Shown: in pieces, positions 10,024-22,519 of the stretch
Position numbering within the stretch: position 1 is the stretch's first letter
How the letters are laid out: every line of letters begins with the position of its first letter
Assembly (NCBI GenBank): GCA_051599415.1
Contig: AP039689.1
Span: forward strand, 868,001-932,000
Direction: 5' to 3'
Length of the DNA stretch: 64,000 nt
Origin: Savitreella phatthalungensis
Lineage: Eukaryota
Translations under genes and position numbers: made by a program
Notes under the pieces: model-generated
What the model was told of the DNA's origin: nothing
The model's input: only the letters and a program-made list of their open reading frames with translations
The model's database searches: none

Positions 10024-13000
10024 GACGTCTCAATCGCAGAGAAAGGATGCCGCGAGTCACCCCAGGCCTGTTCTAAGTCTGGGGTAAGGTGCGCAGCCTG
10101 AAGGCTTTGACTTGGGGGCAGCCAGTCGGGATATGCTACGTGGATGAACCGGGTGTGGAGTATGGAAGGAAGATGGTGGGCTATGTTTACGACGCGAAGG
10201 CCGCTTGCCAGTGTGCTGAGCTATGTCATGTTTGACTGGTGCTGGCGTACTTGCTTTCCTCTCTGCAGTCCATACGCAGCAGCTCTGCTCCGGAGGCTTG
10301 TGCCCTTCTTAGACAAGCCATGGAAATGCAGCAAGTAGGATAACTCGGCGAGATGGTCCACAAACCCGGGGATGTCTTAAGACCGCGAATTTCTTCTGGC
10401 GTATTCGTGGCCGGCGGAAACACACATACGTTCATCTATGAAGTTTGGAATCTCCCACATTCTCGGTTGGGCGAATAGATTGGTATGGTGTATGGGGAAG
10501 TAAGTTAACTCATCATGCACTCAAGACTGAGGGCGTTTAGGTTGTGGGGCCGTGCAGAGGCGAACGCCCACCGCGAAGTGGAGGGCTGTGCAAGAACGAT
10601 CGAAATCTTGATGTCAATGTAGAGGCAACCAGGAGCTGTAGCCAAACTCGCCAATGCTCGCAAGTGAGTCTTTGTCCTGCGTCAATTGACCTGTCGCAGA
10701 GCCTGATTTTTGAGAAGGGTCTCGTTCCGAAGCCTTCTTGAAACCAGGCCTGAGGACATATTACTTACTATATGATCAGAGAACATTCATTTCGCTCACA
10801 ATCGGGGTTAATGAAGCTGTCGTAGAGCTAGGATTATTCTATGATCAAGAGAGAAGAGCTGAGAAAAGGGATTGTTAAGGCGCCTCTTCCGCGGAACGGC
10901 ACAAACGCGAAAAAGCGGATTTATATAAGTAGCTTTCGTAGCTACAAGTAGTCAAATTAAAGGATCACTCTGGTAGGCCCAGAGGACTTGGAGTGTACTT
11001 AGATAGAATGTCCTCGATCCCGGATGAAAAAGCCAAATAAGAATGAAGCCGGAACTAGATTCAGCTGAACTTAGGGTCGCTCAAGTTTCGAAGAGAAACA
11101 GAGTTTGTCAGTAATGGTTTTGCACAGACGCTCATTAGATATAGACGCTATATAGAACAAGTGTAATCTCGTAGACCCCACATCTCCTGCCATCTGCCAA
11201 ACTCTAACCTAAATGAGGCTTAGCCAGTAACATCCCATCCTCACAACTGTCCATCCCGCCGGTTCATCAGCCTTTCATATGTGCAATCTACACAGTTTCC
11301 AGCTATCTCTGAACGATTACCATACATATGGCACGGCAACATACACTGAATACAAAGCATATTGGTGAAAATGTTCGAAATCCAATTCAAAGAGCGGTAA
11401 TTTTGACCTGGTTCAGCTTCGCTCGTATCTTTGTTGGGTGTGACTTTATTGGGGAGGATGAGGTCGGTTCGATCTGGAGTCCCATACACTTGATACGAAG
11501 CTAGAGGATGGCAGACAATCGAGCAGAGACTCATTGCAAGGAGTCATTAGCCTCTGAGTGGAATCTTATTCGTTCTCTGCTTCCAGTCTGTTATGCTTTA
11601 GAGTGTCTGACCGAGTACCTGCACTCGCTTCGCGTCTCGCACACATGGAATGAGGTCGTATTCCGCGCCGTCTTTGGCAAGTCGATGACCGAGCTCATCA
11701 TATCAACGTGTCATGTAGAATCAATTTGTATCTATGCAACGCCCTCTGGAGTCTAGATTGCTTAGCAAAATTAGTGCTTATAGATTCGTGATGCTTTTGC
11801 GCATGTCGAGATGAGTCATGACATTCGAAAGAGTACCGACATTGGAGCTGGGCAATCATGCATCTTGAATATCAGACAGACGCTGCGCTGCGCGTCAATG
11901 GCGAAACTCCTTTCCGTCCTGATCTGTGGAGATGAATTCCGACTGGATATCGATCCCGATGGTCTCCGCAAGAAATGACCTAAGTAGCAGTTTTGGTCGC
12001 GGAAACAGTTTGCGAGATGCCAACGCCGATGTTTCCGTCGTAGGTGCAAGTCTCCGATTGGACTCTGTTGGTTGGTAGTCTTTCCAAAGAGCCTCCTACC
12101 AGGGTCCTGCCCGCACCGCCAAATGAACGCCCTGCATGCATTCTATCTCCACACGGACACCTCTAAGCCAAATCCATCTTACTATCTGATTCAAGTCAAT
12201 CAAAATCACCAATGAAAGGCTTCGCCAATTCGAACTGCTCCTTAGCTAACCAAGATCTATGCACCCTCCTTACCTTCCTTGCCCCAGATTCTCGCTATTG
12301 CTCTGTCCTTCTTGGCTCTCGCGTCTCGCGTCTAGGGCACCTTCTGTAGCCTTCTGGATACTCTGTGAACACTTGCTCGCCTACCCGATTGCGGGGACGG
12401 TGGTGACTTTTGTATGGGGATGCACTCGGAAAGGTAAACCACCTTGTGGTTACTTAGTATCCTGATGGCATGATGACGCGCGCTAGCGCAGCAGTCCCTT
12501 GACTGCGCCATGCCCTACCATCGAAGCGACTGTCTTCACAAACGGCACACGCCGACGTCCTCGGCCCGACACAGCTTCTCCTAGTGACATGACGTCCTTG
12601 TGCTTTTTCACCACACCGAGGAAGATGTGCCATGGTGCCGGAAAGGTAGTCACCGAAGCGGTGCACCGCTGATCTGCTGGAGTCCTGGCTTGGCTGCGCT
12701 GCGGCTGAGTCGCTGATCCTTGCCCTCGATCCTGTATGACGTCTGAGCACATGGGTGGAAGAGGGACGAGTGGGGGTGTTTGGCGGTGCGAAGATCTGCG
12801 GCATGATGCCCGGAAATCGTAGTCTACCCGCACAAGAGCATCCACCACGACGTGCGGGATGAATCGTCTCGAGATTTCGAAACACCGCTCAAGTGTGGGG
12901 TAAGTCTGACTTTCCCATCATACAGTGGTTCGATTGACCTGCCTGGTGTAGATCTATTAAGTAGCTATCCTGTTCTCTCTATAGGTGGGTTGGTGTGTTC

Positions 13001-13031
13001 CTGAATGACTTGAGGTCGATTCATCGATAGC

Positions 13032-14009
13032 TCACAACTTGTAACCTCTGTCGGCGAGGATCTTCTCGGACAGATCCCAGAGCTGATCTGCAACCTTTTC
13101 GTCCCTGGTGAACGGTGTCGAAAGGGTCTGCTTTGCGATCGGCTCGAAGTACTGGGCGCGGATACCTGCGCCTGAGGTGACCTGGGGTGCGGTTGCGAGG
13201 TAGAGCTGGGTAAGTGCACCCTCTGCAGGAGTCAGGAGAATACCTGTCTTGGCAAGGACGGAGACGCCATGGACGAGCAGGCTGCCGACGAAGTTGCCAT
13301 ATGATTGTTGCGTGTTCTTGTACAACTCGCTCGCAATGACGCCCGGGTGCAGACTGTTGGCGTAAAGCTTGGGGTAGCGCTTGCTCAATCCCTGGGTGAA
13401 GAGCACGTTCGCCGCTTTGCTCTGGCCGTAACGGACTCCAGTACCACCAAGCTCTGAGTTTGCACGCTCCTCCGAGGAGAAGCAGTCTGCCGGCGGCGGG
13501 AAGTTCTTGTGGGCGAGACTGCTGACGTTGACGACACGCGGTGCATCGGCCGCTTCCAGTCGTGGTATCAGGAGGCGCGTGAGGAGGAAGTGAGCGACGT
13601 GGTTTGTCTGGAACTGTTCTTCGAGGTTGTCGCCGGTCTTCTTGTAGCTCGTCGCCATGATACCGGCATTGTTGACAAGCACGTCGAGACGCTGCTCCTT
13701 CGCCGCGAACGTCTCTGCGGCCTGCTTTGTTGATGCCAAGCTGCAAAGGTCCAGCGGGAGCCATTCGACAGTGCCTTTGTCTGCGACACCCTCGAGCTCC
13801 TTCTGAAGCTTTGAGATGGCGGCATTGGCACGCTGCTCATTGCGCGCGGCCAAGTAGACCTTAGCTCCATTGCGGACTAGCTCCTTCACAGTCTCGTACC
13901 CAATGCCCGTGTTCCCACCAGTCACAAGAGCGACCTTACCCTTCTGCGAAGGGATCTGCGCTGCCGAGTACTTGCGCCCGTAAATGATACCGTACAAAGG
14001 ACCTGCCAT
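13032..14009 (-). CDS. Short-chain dehydrogenase/reductase, retinol dehydrogenase/WWOX-like
   Basis: VTGGNTGIG, LVNNAGIM, TNH..HFLLT, VSSLAH, YGQSK catalytic motif, LHPGVI. Confidence 0.92.
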   Translation of the reverse strand: MAGPLYGIIYGRKYSAAQIPSQKGKVALVTGGNTGIGYETVKELVRNGAKVYLAARNEQRANAAISKLQKELEGVADKGTVEWLPLDLCSLASTKQAAETFAAKEQRLDVLVNNAGIMATSYKKTGDNLEEQFQTNHVAHFLLTRLLIPRLEAADAPRVVNVSSLAHKNFPPPADCFSSEERANSELGGTGVRYGQSKAANVLFTQGLSKRYPKLYANSLHPGVIASELYKNTQQSYGNFVGSLLVHGVSVLAKTGILLTPAEGALTQLYLATAPQVTSGAGIRAQYFEPIAKQTLSTPFTRDEKVADQLWDLSEKILADRGYKL

Positions 14010-14399
14010 GATGTTCGTTACTGCGTCACGGTAACACTGGACTCAAATCAATGTCTGAAACTCGACTTTCCGTGTTGAATCCTCTTGGATCGTATCTGCA
14101 TGCGTACGTACACACGCATAATGGAATTCAGGGCCAGTCACTCGGAGGTCGGTGAAATTCACGCCCCGCACGTACAGTTTTAAATTTTAATTACCAAGCA
14201 AGCGGAGACGCTTGACATGTGATCATCGACATTACTCGCTCCAGATATCTGCAGTCAATCCTCGATCCTGTACCAGAGACACGTGCATAACTCTGCCTGA
14301 CTGCCCCAACAACGCGAACCAGAGTTCAAACCAGCCTAGCCAAGGAATGCTGTATAGTAACATGTACAAAGAAAGTATGGGGATACAAGAGAGACATAC

Positions 14400-15849
14400 T
14401 CATCGAGTGACTCGGCGGATGGAGTTGACAAGTCCGAGTCCTCGAATCGGTTGAGAGACCACGCGCTTCCATGATGAAACGCCTGCGATGCCGGCTGATA
14501 CACGCCTGGTGGATCCGGCGCGCTTACCATTTTTGTTCAGTAGACCGGAGAGGACCCTGCCTAGGGCAGTGCGTTTTTGTGGGACACCTGTTGGTGGAGA
14601 TAGCGGCGGCGTAGGAGCATCCGACTGGATGTCTTCCATGCTCTCGAACTCGACGCTGCACGTTGGTGCTGTCCTCGAAATTCGGAGGGGTGAGGTTGTC
14701 GGCGAGCGGTAGGCTTCTTTTCGTCTGCGATCAAGTCGGCGTGCATTTGATCTGGGTGATGGGACTGTCAGCACCACGGGACCGTCCTTGTGCTCCCTGG
14801 CGTCATACCTGCCATGTCTCCGGTTGAATACACGCCGACATCGCAACTCGAGTCGCTTCTTGAGAGGCGAGTACTTCGGAGTCTGAGCGATCGCGTCGCG
14901 GTGAGCGAGCAGAGTTGTGAGTACCGGACTGTCACGGGATAGAGTTCTGTACTTCCACGGCGTCACAACCGCGTCGACACTCGACAAATCGTCTTCGCGC
15001 AGTGGCGTGTACGCAGCGAATGACTCAGTGTCCCAAACGGTCAGTCGGCCACTGCTGGTGTCACATCTCGTTCGCGAGGGCGAGCACGCCATTGCTCGAG
15101 CCACATCATCCGATGAGCAGGTGAACGGCAATGCTGTCATTTCTAGCCCAGGGGGTGATCGGCGGCTTTCCAGACCAGGAGGCAGTCGTGGAGGTGTCGA
15201 TGGTGGGTAATTTGCGGCAAAAGTCGGTGTCAGATTCTCCTTCTTGCTCCACGTGGCATCCAAGCTGGCGGGAACAGGCGTCGTGCATGGAGAGTCGCCC
15301 ACGAGATGTCGAGGTGTATCAGGAAGTGCTTGGGGAGAGCATTGCATTTGTGGCGATATAGCCGTGAACTGAATTGAGCTTGTCAGAAGTTTGTGTTCCG
15401 CGTGAATATGGGGGCATGGACTCACCTGATAACGAGCAGGCGGGGTGCGCGCTTGGGATTTGATCTGCTTTATGTGGTCTCGCCAACCTGTAGCGTCCGC
15501 TATAGACCCGTTGTCAGAGGTGTCAGCCCAAGAATCTGCCTGGGCTGGCCAAGCGGAGTCAATCGACTCAACAGGAAAGGGCGCATCTTCGTCCACCGGG
15601 GATAATGAGCGTTTGAAAGAGAAGAATTCCGCTTGAGCAAGCTCGAGTTGCTGAGTGACTGTCAGCTATAGTGGTCACATGCTCTCAGATCTGGCTTACG
15701 CGCTGGAGGTGTGCGACACGTGTGTCACGCCGGTGAAGCTCTGCGAGGTTGCTGACGTTATGGTGTTCCGGTGGAATTCCTGCCAGCAGATGTCTTTGCC
15801 TGGAACATGTCATCTCGTCGCTTCTGCAGCTCAAGGATAGTTGTGACAT
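14400..15849 (-). CDS. Hypothetical Ser/Pro/Arg-rich protein, 3 exons (15849-15700, 15650-15426, 15368-14400)
   Basis: Two canonical phase-0 introns read by hand: 15699-15651 (GTAAGC..CTGAC..CAG) and 15425-15369 (GTGAGT..CTGAC..CAG). They join an ATG at 15849 to the long ORF. Confidence 0.7.
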
Positions 15850-16586
15850 TGCGTAGAGAACTTGTTCGAGTGTGCGGTAGATGTTGTGATGCTATGATGC
15901 TCTTTCAATGTCAAGTGATGGTGCAGTGTAGTCTGCAGTTGTCAGTGCTTTGATTCAAGTTGATGAGTTCGACATAATCACTTCATAAATTATGTGAATC
16001 AGGGTCTACGCGGCGAGATGAACGGGCATGCACATGAAAACCCACATTTCTGAGCGATCAGTCATTCACTCTCGACAGACCACGATTAAGCTACGGGTAG
16101 AGCATGTTCTGCTCGCTTGCACGCGTGAGCATGATCCCAGCAACGAAGCAATGGAAAACGAAATCATCATCATGGTCTTTCAAGTTCCGTTGGTCATTCG
16201 TTGAATGATGCGAGTGTGTGTAGATTCCTTAATTTCCTTTACTACGCGTCTGTAGTGTAGCGAAGGAGGAAGACGAGGCAGATTTTGCTACACGAGGCAT
16301 GATGATCCATTCCACAGCAATCTAGCTGCAAAAAGGTCTGCGACGACACGAGGCAAACAACAACCGGGTTCGTGTCTGTAAGCATGCGAAAAAGTGAACA
16401 ATCGCTTATGAGGGGAACAATCCTCGGCTAGCGTCTGGTCTGGTCTGGACCGATCCAGTTCAATCCCATCCAACCCAGTCCGAACTATTCTGCGACGTCG
16501 CTTGCGGCGGGCAACCAAGTTCACCTCAAAAATGAGATCGACACAATCTTGAAATCATCTCAAGACACCAGTCATCTTCTTTCTTC

Positions 16587-17963
16587 ATGATGGAGTCGGA
16601 CAGACCGGTGCCGAATTTCTCCCGGGCAATGTCGATGCGTGAGCTGCGTCGTCATCTCCGCCGACAGACTGCCATGGACGGTGTTGACCAAAGTCGCGAG
16701 GATGTGTTTGACTTGCTGAGCAAGCGTCCCGTCGACAAGACTCATCTTCAGACTCTGCGTCAGTCAAATGAAGAAGATCAGATCGTATCGTTGCAGCGTC
16801 AGAAACAGTTCCCGTCGTTCGACGAGCGATATGAGGCGGCGTATGAGCTCTGCGAAGCCCCCAGAAACTCTGCGAGATCTTCAGCGAGCAGTGAGCTCTC
16901 GAAAGTGCCTACACTGATGGACGACGGAGAGTTCGAGGTGTATGTGCCTGGAATGCGGGACTCTAGTACTTCGATCGAGACACCGTCAACCGTCTTCAGC
17001 AGAACTGGATCGCAAGTTTTATCTGGCTCTCTTCGGACGTTCACAGGTGAGTCAGTCTCTGGGTCATCCGAGCTTCGCAAGGTGAGCTTGGGATGTGCTC
17101 CTGTAGAGACAATCGGCAAAGCGAGCACACCGCTGCAGACGTACTCCTTGCTACCGCCGGTGCCTGCAAAGGAGGGAGAGGCTCCAAAAGAACGACCTAC
17201 GAGCATGCTGCCGCCGCTGGAGTTGCCTCGGCAGGACGTCCGTGTGAGTGTGGTCAGACGGGATGTTTGGCCAAGTGAGAAATCGACAGAGCCACTCGCG
17301 CCACGGACGCTTCGCAGAGAGAATCCCCAACCGATCTCGGAACAGCCACAGAGAGAGGCAATGACGACGACGACGGCTGTCAACTCAACGGAACTCGACA
17401 ATCTGACAAATCAAATAATGGGCATGGCTATGTCGCAAGCGTCGTGGCAACATGATCTCGGCGAAAACGCAGCTCTGCTCGATGATACGACGAGTTTCAG
17501 TGCACCGAGACCGGCGCCTCGCCCTCGCGGTTATCAAAATAAGAAGCTGCCAGAGCCGCGCACAGGTGAGAGTGAGATGGAGAAAAAAACATCTGGTGGC
17601 GTGGACGATGTAACGTTCATGATGGTGCAGAGCAGGATTGAGAAGCTTGCGTCGAGTGCTGTTGGTGTGCCGCTGGCATCGGGTAGCGGTAGATCGGCTT
17701 CGCCCTGCTACGGATTCAGACAGCGGAATGGCCAAGGAGGCGTACTGCACGAGGAGCATGGGAAACACATTGGCGGTGGTCAGAAGAAAGTGAAGATCGA
17801 CAAAAGGAGCATCGGCGGGCCGACGCTACTAGCAAGCACCAGCAAGCATGTCACCATCTCCCTCGAACAAGCAGCAAACGAGCAACGTCTCCGCCAACTC
17901 GCAGCCTCACGCAGGGTAGCTCAAAATGGCAATGGCACTGGCAATAAGAAACGGCGTGGCTAA
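16587..17963 (+). CDS. Hypothetical, largely disordered 458-aa protein
   Basis: Long ATG-initiated ORF; the C-terminal KIDKRSIGGPTL resembles a partial CRIB-like IxxP motif (weak). Confidence 0.65.
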   Translation: MMESDRPVPNFSRAMSMRELRRHLRRQTAMDGVDQSREDVFDLLSKRPVDKTHLQTLRQSNEEDQIVSLQRQKQFPSFDERYEAAYELCEAPRNSARSSASSELSKVPTLMDDGEFEVYVPGMRDSSTSIETPSTVFSRTGSQVLSGSLRTFTGESVSGSSELRKVSLGCAPVETIGKASTPLQTYSLLPPVPAKEGEAPKERPTSMLPPLELPRQDVRVSVVRRDVWPSEKSTEPLAPRTLRRENPQPISEQPQREAMTTTTAVNSTELDNLTNQIMGMAMSQASWQHDLGENAALLDDTTSFSAPRPAPRPRGYQNKKLPEPRTGESEMEKKTSGGVDDVTFMMVQSRIEKLASSAVGVPLASGSGRSASPCYGFRQRNGQGGVLHEEHGKHIGGGQKKVKIDKRSIGGPTLLASTSKHVTISLEQAANEQRLRQLAASRRVAQNGNGTGNKKRRG

Positions 17964-19168
17964 GGGGAAGTATGGGTGACTCACAAGACGTAATTGCATT
18001 TGATCAGCGATTCAGAAGTAGGAATGTGGCGCGAGACGTGATGATGATCAAAGGTGGGATCGAATGTGCTAGCTAGACCTGTGGAAGAATGACAGGACAG
18101 ATGCATAACTGATGACGCGCCTGTGGACCAATATTTATTCTATGCAACTATTGCCGAGGTGAGCAGGTGGTAAGTTCCGTGGAGTTCAATGACCGAGTTC
18201 ACTGAGCGTGATTACATTACAATCCATCGGATGCAGAGTATGGGGAGTTGATTTCTAGTGGGTTTGCGGGATTTACAGCTGTGGTAGAACTCGGGTAGAA
18301 TAGCCCTTTTGGGTCGGTCGATCAGTTTCTCTTTGTCGAGGACAAATTCACGTGAATCTATCCCGTTTCTGTGCTTCTGCGTGGACGATTCATGACTCAG
18401 AGACCACTGTCAATGCAAGTGCTTGTCTTTTGGACGACAGATCGAATGATAGACGCGCTTCTGCATATCAGACCTTGCAGCTTGTGGTTTCAGTCTAGGT
18501 GGATATGCTGAAGTGAGCGGAAAGTCTGTGCGGGAGAGTGTTGAGGCGAACGGCTGTTACCGAGCCAATCATCAATCAGAACACATAGATTATTTCATCC
18601 GGGACACTTTTATTCTGCATCCAAATTTCTCTTCATACTCGGACTTCACCCTTGATAGATACTAAAAGGTCGAGAGGCTAGAAACAGAATACTGATACCG
18701 GTGTGATGGACTATAGCTCCAATTGAATTTCTATTCAGAAGATAGTTGATCAGTTTCCCCGGAATCACTCGGATATACCTTCTCGCCTTCCGCTGAAATA
18801 AGAAAGGGAAATCCACTCAGACATCTACAACTAAATTGATTCAAGCGCGAGCAGATTCAAGTCGAGTTTCAAAAAAGAAACGCCGGAACAAATATCTGAT
18901 TGATTGGTGCATGCAAGTGCATATTCACCACAGCGTAGAACCCTCAAGTGAACAAACTACATAGTCAAAAAGTCAAATATATACAGCACATCACCTGTCA
19001 CACTCCTCTACACACTACTTCACCTTCATCTACACCGTCATATCATATAACAGGTGAACATCTCCTTATCTACTCTACGCTAGCACTCTACTCTCACAGT
19101 CGCTGCATCTCTCCTCCTCCCGTCTCTCACTATTCCTCCCAGTCGATTTCCCTACTACATCGAACAAA

Positions 19169-20413
19169 ATGCTTTCGACGAGAACAACGGCAAAGGCGCT
19201 ACTCTCGAAGCGCACACCGTGCCTTCTCCAAAACAGATCATTTGCAAAGTTCTCCTACCAGGACCCACTCAACCTTCAGTCACTCCTAACAGAAGACGAA
19301 ATCGCCATTTCAGAAACCGCACGAGACTACTGCCAAGAGAAGCTACAGCCCCGCGTTCTCGAAGCATACCGGAATGAGACCTTTGACAAGAACATCTTCA
19401 AGGAGATGGGCGAACTCGGTCTTCTTGGCGCAACGATCGACGGGTACGGCTGCGCAGGTGTCTCCTCTGTCGCATACGGTCTGATCGCTCGCGAGGTCGA
19501 GCGCGTCGACTCGGGTTACCGGAGCGCCATGAGTGTGCAATCCTCGCTCGTCATGCATCCAATCAACGCCTTTGGCACAGATGCACAGAAGGAGAAATAT
19601 CTACCGAAATTGGCAAAGGGAGAACTTGCCGGCGCCTTCGGTCTCACAGAGCCAAACCACGGCTCAGATCCTGCATCCATGGAGACAACAGCAAAGGAAG
19701 ATGGTGGCAAGTACATCCTGAGCGGCAGCAAGACCTGGATCTCAAACTCTCCCTTCGCAGATGTCTTCATCGTCTGGGCAAAGTGTGCATGGGACGGCAA
19801 AATCCGTGGATTTATCCTCGAGCGCGGTATGAAGGGCCTAGAGACTCCAAAGATCAACGGCAAGCTCTCCCTGCGCGCATCAACCACCGGCATGATCAAC
19901 ATGGACGAAGTTGAGGTACCAAAGGAGAACCTCCTCCCGAAAGTTGAGGGTCTCAAGGGTCCCTTCTCCTGCCTGAACAATGCACGATTCGGTATCGCAT
20001 GGGGTGTTATTGGCGCGCTCGAGCAGTGCGTCGAGCTCGCTCGCCAGTACGCGCTCGACCGCAAGCAGTTCGAGCAGCCACTTGCCAAGTTCCAGCTTGT
20101 GCAGCAGAAGCTCGCAAATGCGACGACTGACATCGGATACGGACTTCTCGCTGCACTCCAGGTCGGCCGCCTCAAAGATGACGGCAATCTCGCGGTCGAG
20201 ATGATCTCGATGATCAAGCGACAGAACTGTGAGCGTGCACTCCAAGGCTCTCGCTCGCTCCAGGAGATCCTAGGCGGCAACGCAGTCGCAGACGAGTACC
20301 ACATCGGTCGTATCTCTCACAACCTTCACGTCGTCGCCACCTACGAAGGCACCTCCGACATCCACTCCCTGATCCTCGGCAGAGCCATCACTGGCATTCA
20401 GGGCTTCTACTAG
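19169..20413 (+). CDS. GCDH: Glutaryl-CoA dehydrogenase, mitochondrial
   Basis: Basic presequence, [41 protein letters not shown], catalytic [18 protein letters not shown]. Confidence 0.95.
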   Translation: MLSTRTTAKALLSKRTPCLLQNRSFAKFSYQDPLNLQSLLTEDEIAISETARDYCQEKLQPRVLEAYRNETFDKNIFKEMGELGLLGATIDGYGCAGVSSVAYGLIAREVERVDSGYRSAMSVQSSLVMHPINAFGTDAQKEKYLPKLAKGELAGAFGLTEPNHGSDPASMETTAKEDGGKYILSGSKTWISNSPFADVFIVWAKCAWDGKIRGFILERGMKGLETPKINGKLSLRASTTGMINMDEVEVPKENLLPKVEGLKGPFSCLNNARFGIAWGVIGALEQCVELARQYALDRKQFEQPLAKFQLVQQKLANATTDIGYGLLAALQVGRLKDDGNLAVEMISMIKRQNCERALQGSRSLQEILGGNAVADEYHIGRISHNLHVVATYEGTSDIHSLILGRAITGIQGFY

Positions 20414-20467
20414 ACTAGACTTCAAAACCATCACGCCATGCATACAAATATATCCATACATACTGTA

Positions 20468-22519
20468 TTATACTTTCGTCAGAACGCTTCCGGGCGGATG
20501 CAGTGTCATCCCAGCTTCCTTTGCTAGCGCTCTCGCTAATTCCACAGCCTCCGTCACACCTGCAGGCTCCTTTACAAGTTTTCCTTCCTCATCAATCACG
20601 TCATCTACACCACCTCTGGGACCTTGCAGTCGCGCTGTGCATTCGCCATCATTGTCATCATCGATGGCGTGCGGTGTAGCGAGTGCGTGGGTGTGTGGTG
20701 TGGTGAACAGGAGTTTCGTATCTAGGACGGTGTTCGTGAGGGTGTGAGCGTGTGTACGAGCGCGCTGGCGGAGTGTGTCAGGGATTTGGGGGCACTGGGC
20801 TAGTGCTCTGAGGACACCGACCGCCCAGCCTGCGCGTTCACCTACCGCTCCAGCGACTCCGTACGTCTCATCAAACCCAGCCTGCGTACCACCACGACGG
20901 CCAGAATCAGCACCATCACGCCATCCAGCAATCGCGAGCGACCCAGCCACACGCTCAGACGATCGCACAGCAGCCAGGAGATCACCATCGGTGTGCAGGT
21001 CCCCGTCAGAATCCCAAACGTCGTCATCGGGCGTTATAACAGCAGCAGGAGTGTCGACCGCAGGTGTGATGTCTCTAGATGCGGGGACGCCTTCGGCTTT
21101 GGTTGTTGTGTGCTCGGGTGTGCGAGCCATGCGGTCGGCGCGTTTTTGTAGGAGTGCTTGGCGACGTGCGGCTTTTGCCGCGGCTTGTTGAGGGGTGGCT
21201 GTAAGGGATGGGGGTGCGTGGTTGGGTGTCCAGTTTCCGAGCGATTCTGCGGCGTAGAAATCCATCGGGTAGTTGTCCTGCCAGTCGACGCCTCCCAGGG
21301 CAACCGCAGCCTCGTACGGCGACAGCAGCGGCGCATCGAATGCGTATCCCCAGTCAATCGACAATCGCGGACAAGCGATCTGGATCCAAGCACCGATCCC
21401 GTCCTCTCCGTCGGACATCTGGGCGAGTTTGGATGGGAAGATCTCGGAGAGGAGAACGACGGTGAAGGTCTTGCCAGCTCGCTGCAGCTGCGCTTCCAGG
21501 GACGACAGTACTTTCGGCGACCCTTGGCGACCGAGCGTGCCTAGGATGAGACCGAAGCGTGAGGCCGTTCGGGCTGTGGCGATGGCGTCTCTGCGGAGAG
21601 CCTGCATCTCCGCGTGGCCGTAGTGCTCGCGCGTGAAGGCCCGCGCGTACGGGTCGTACCTGAACGCCGGTACCCCGGCATTCGCAATCATGATGGACTC
21701 CAGGTGGAAGCGGCCGTCCCCCACATAAACGATCGCGTCCACGTCACCGTTCAGCTTCGGCGCCGTGCAACCGAGGATCTCGCCGGGCGACAGTGGCTTT
21801 GCCTGCGGAATCGTGATGTGAAATCCACCGAATGCATCGCCTTCGTCGGCGTGCTCGAGCTGGGATTTGACCGCCTGAATGGAACCGACAAACTGGATCG
21901 TGCCGACCATGGCCAGGTGGGAGCCCTTGTCGAGGTTGCGGCGGAGTGTCTTGACGAGGTGGTCTGCATCGATTGCGATGTCGACGAAAACGTAAAGGGT
22001 CTTGATCCCGGTCACGTCGACTGGCACAAGGCACGAGTGACCGTAGTGCACAAGGAAGTCACAGCCGAGCGCGCGCGCAGTGAAATCGTCCACGCAGCAT
22101 GCACCGTACGTCACATCACCCATCACCAGCGTCGTCACGCCGCAGAATCGCTCGAGAATGTCAGAGATTGTGCATGCAAACATGAGTAAGCCTTCAGGCA
22201 TCTGCAGTGCAACGTGGCTCGCGCCATGCTTCCGGATGTGCCAGATTGTTTTGTGGATCTCGAAGTTGTAGTTTGTAGATATCTGAGCAATTGCAGCATT
22301 CAAAACTTTGTCGTGAAGAATATCGTCTGGGATCGTGTTGACAAAGCGACCGGCAGACGGGCCAGTACGGGGTATCCGCGCAAGAGCACCTGCGTCTTCG
22401 ATGGAGCCCCCACTGGTTGCCGGATCGACATCACCGTCTGGTCGCCGGCGACCGACAAAGCGCCGACGGGGAGCACGCGTCGTCGGTTGTCCGTTCGCCG
22501 ATTCGAGCACCTCCGCCAT
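20468..22519 (-). CDS. DPH1: Diphthamide biosynthesis protein Dph1 fused in frame to a C-terminal Yae1-like deca-GX3 domain
   Basis: Dph1 motifs [65 protein letters not shown]. The ORF continues without a stop into DDDVWDSD and [21 protein letters not shown]...G...G. Likely ATG at 22519. Confidence 0.9.
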   Translation of the reverse strand: MAEVLESANGQPTTRAPRRRFVGRRRPDGDVDPATSGGSIEDAGALARIPRTGPSAGRFVNTIPDDILHDKVLNAAIAQISTNYNFEIHKTIWHIRKHGASHVALQMPEGLLMFACTISDILERFCGVTTLVMGDVTYGACCVDDFTARALGCDFLVHYGHSCLVPVDVTGIKTLYVFVDIAIDADHLVKTLRRNLDKGSHLAMVGTIQFVGSIQAVKSQLEHADEGDAFGGFHITIPQAKPLSPGEILGCTAPKLNGDVDAIVYVGDGRFHLESIMIANAGVPAFRYDPYARAFTREHYGHAEMQALRRDAIATARTASRFGLILGTLGRQGSPKVLSSLEAQLQRAGKTFTVVLLSEIFPSKLAQMSDGEDGIGAWIQIACPRLSIDWGYAFDAPLLSPYEAAVALGGVDWQDNYPMDFYAAESLGNWTPNHAPPSLTATPQQAAAKAARRQALLQKRADRMARTPEHTTTKAEGVPASRDITPAVDTPAAVITPDDDVWDSDGDLHTDGDLLAAVRSSERVAGSLAIAGWRDGADSGRRGGTQAGFDETYGVAGAVGERAGWAVGVLRALAQCPQIPDTLRQRARTHAHTLTNTVLDTKLLFTTPHTHALATPHAIDDDNDGECTARLQGPRGGVDDVIDEEGKLVKEPAGVTEAVELARALAKEAGMTLHPPGSVLTKV

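Noticed and set aside
13032..13043. C-terminal YKL of the SDR as PTS1, and TGA-CTA readthrough PTS1 extensions at other stops
   Set aside because: YKL is a poor PTS1, and none of the stop contexts I checked has the TGA CTA motif or an SKL-like extension.
15961..16053. Possible C/D box snoRNA (TGATGA ... CTGA)
   Set aside because: No terminal stem and no guide I can match to rRNA or snRNA; it lies in a promoter region.
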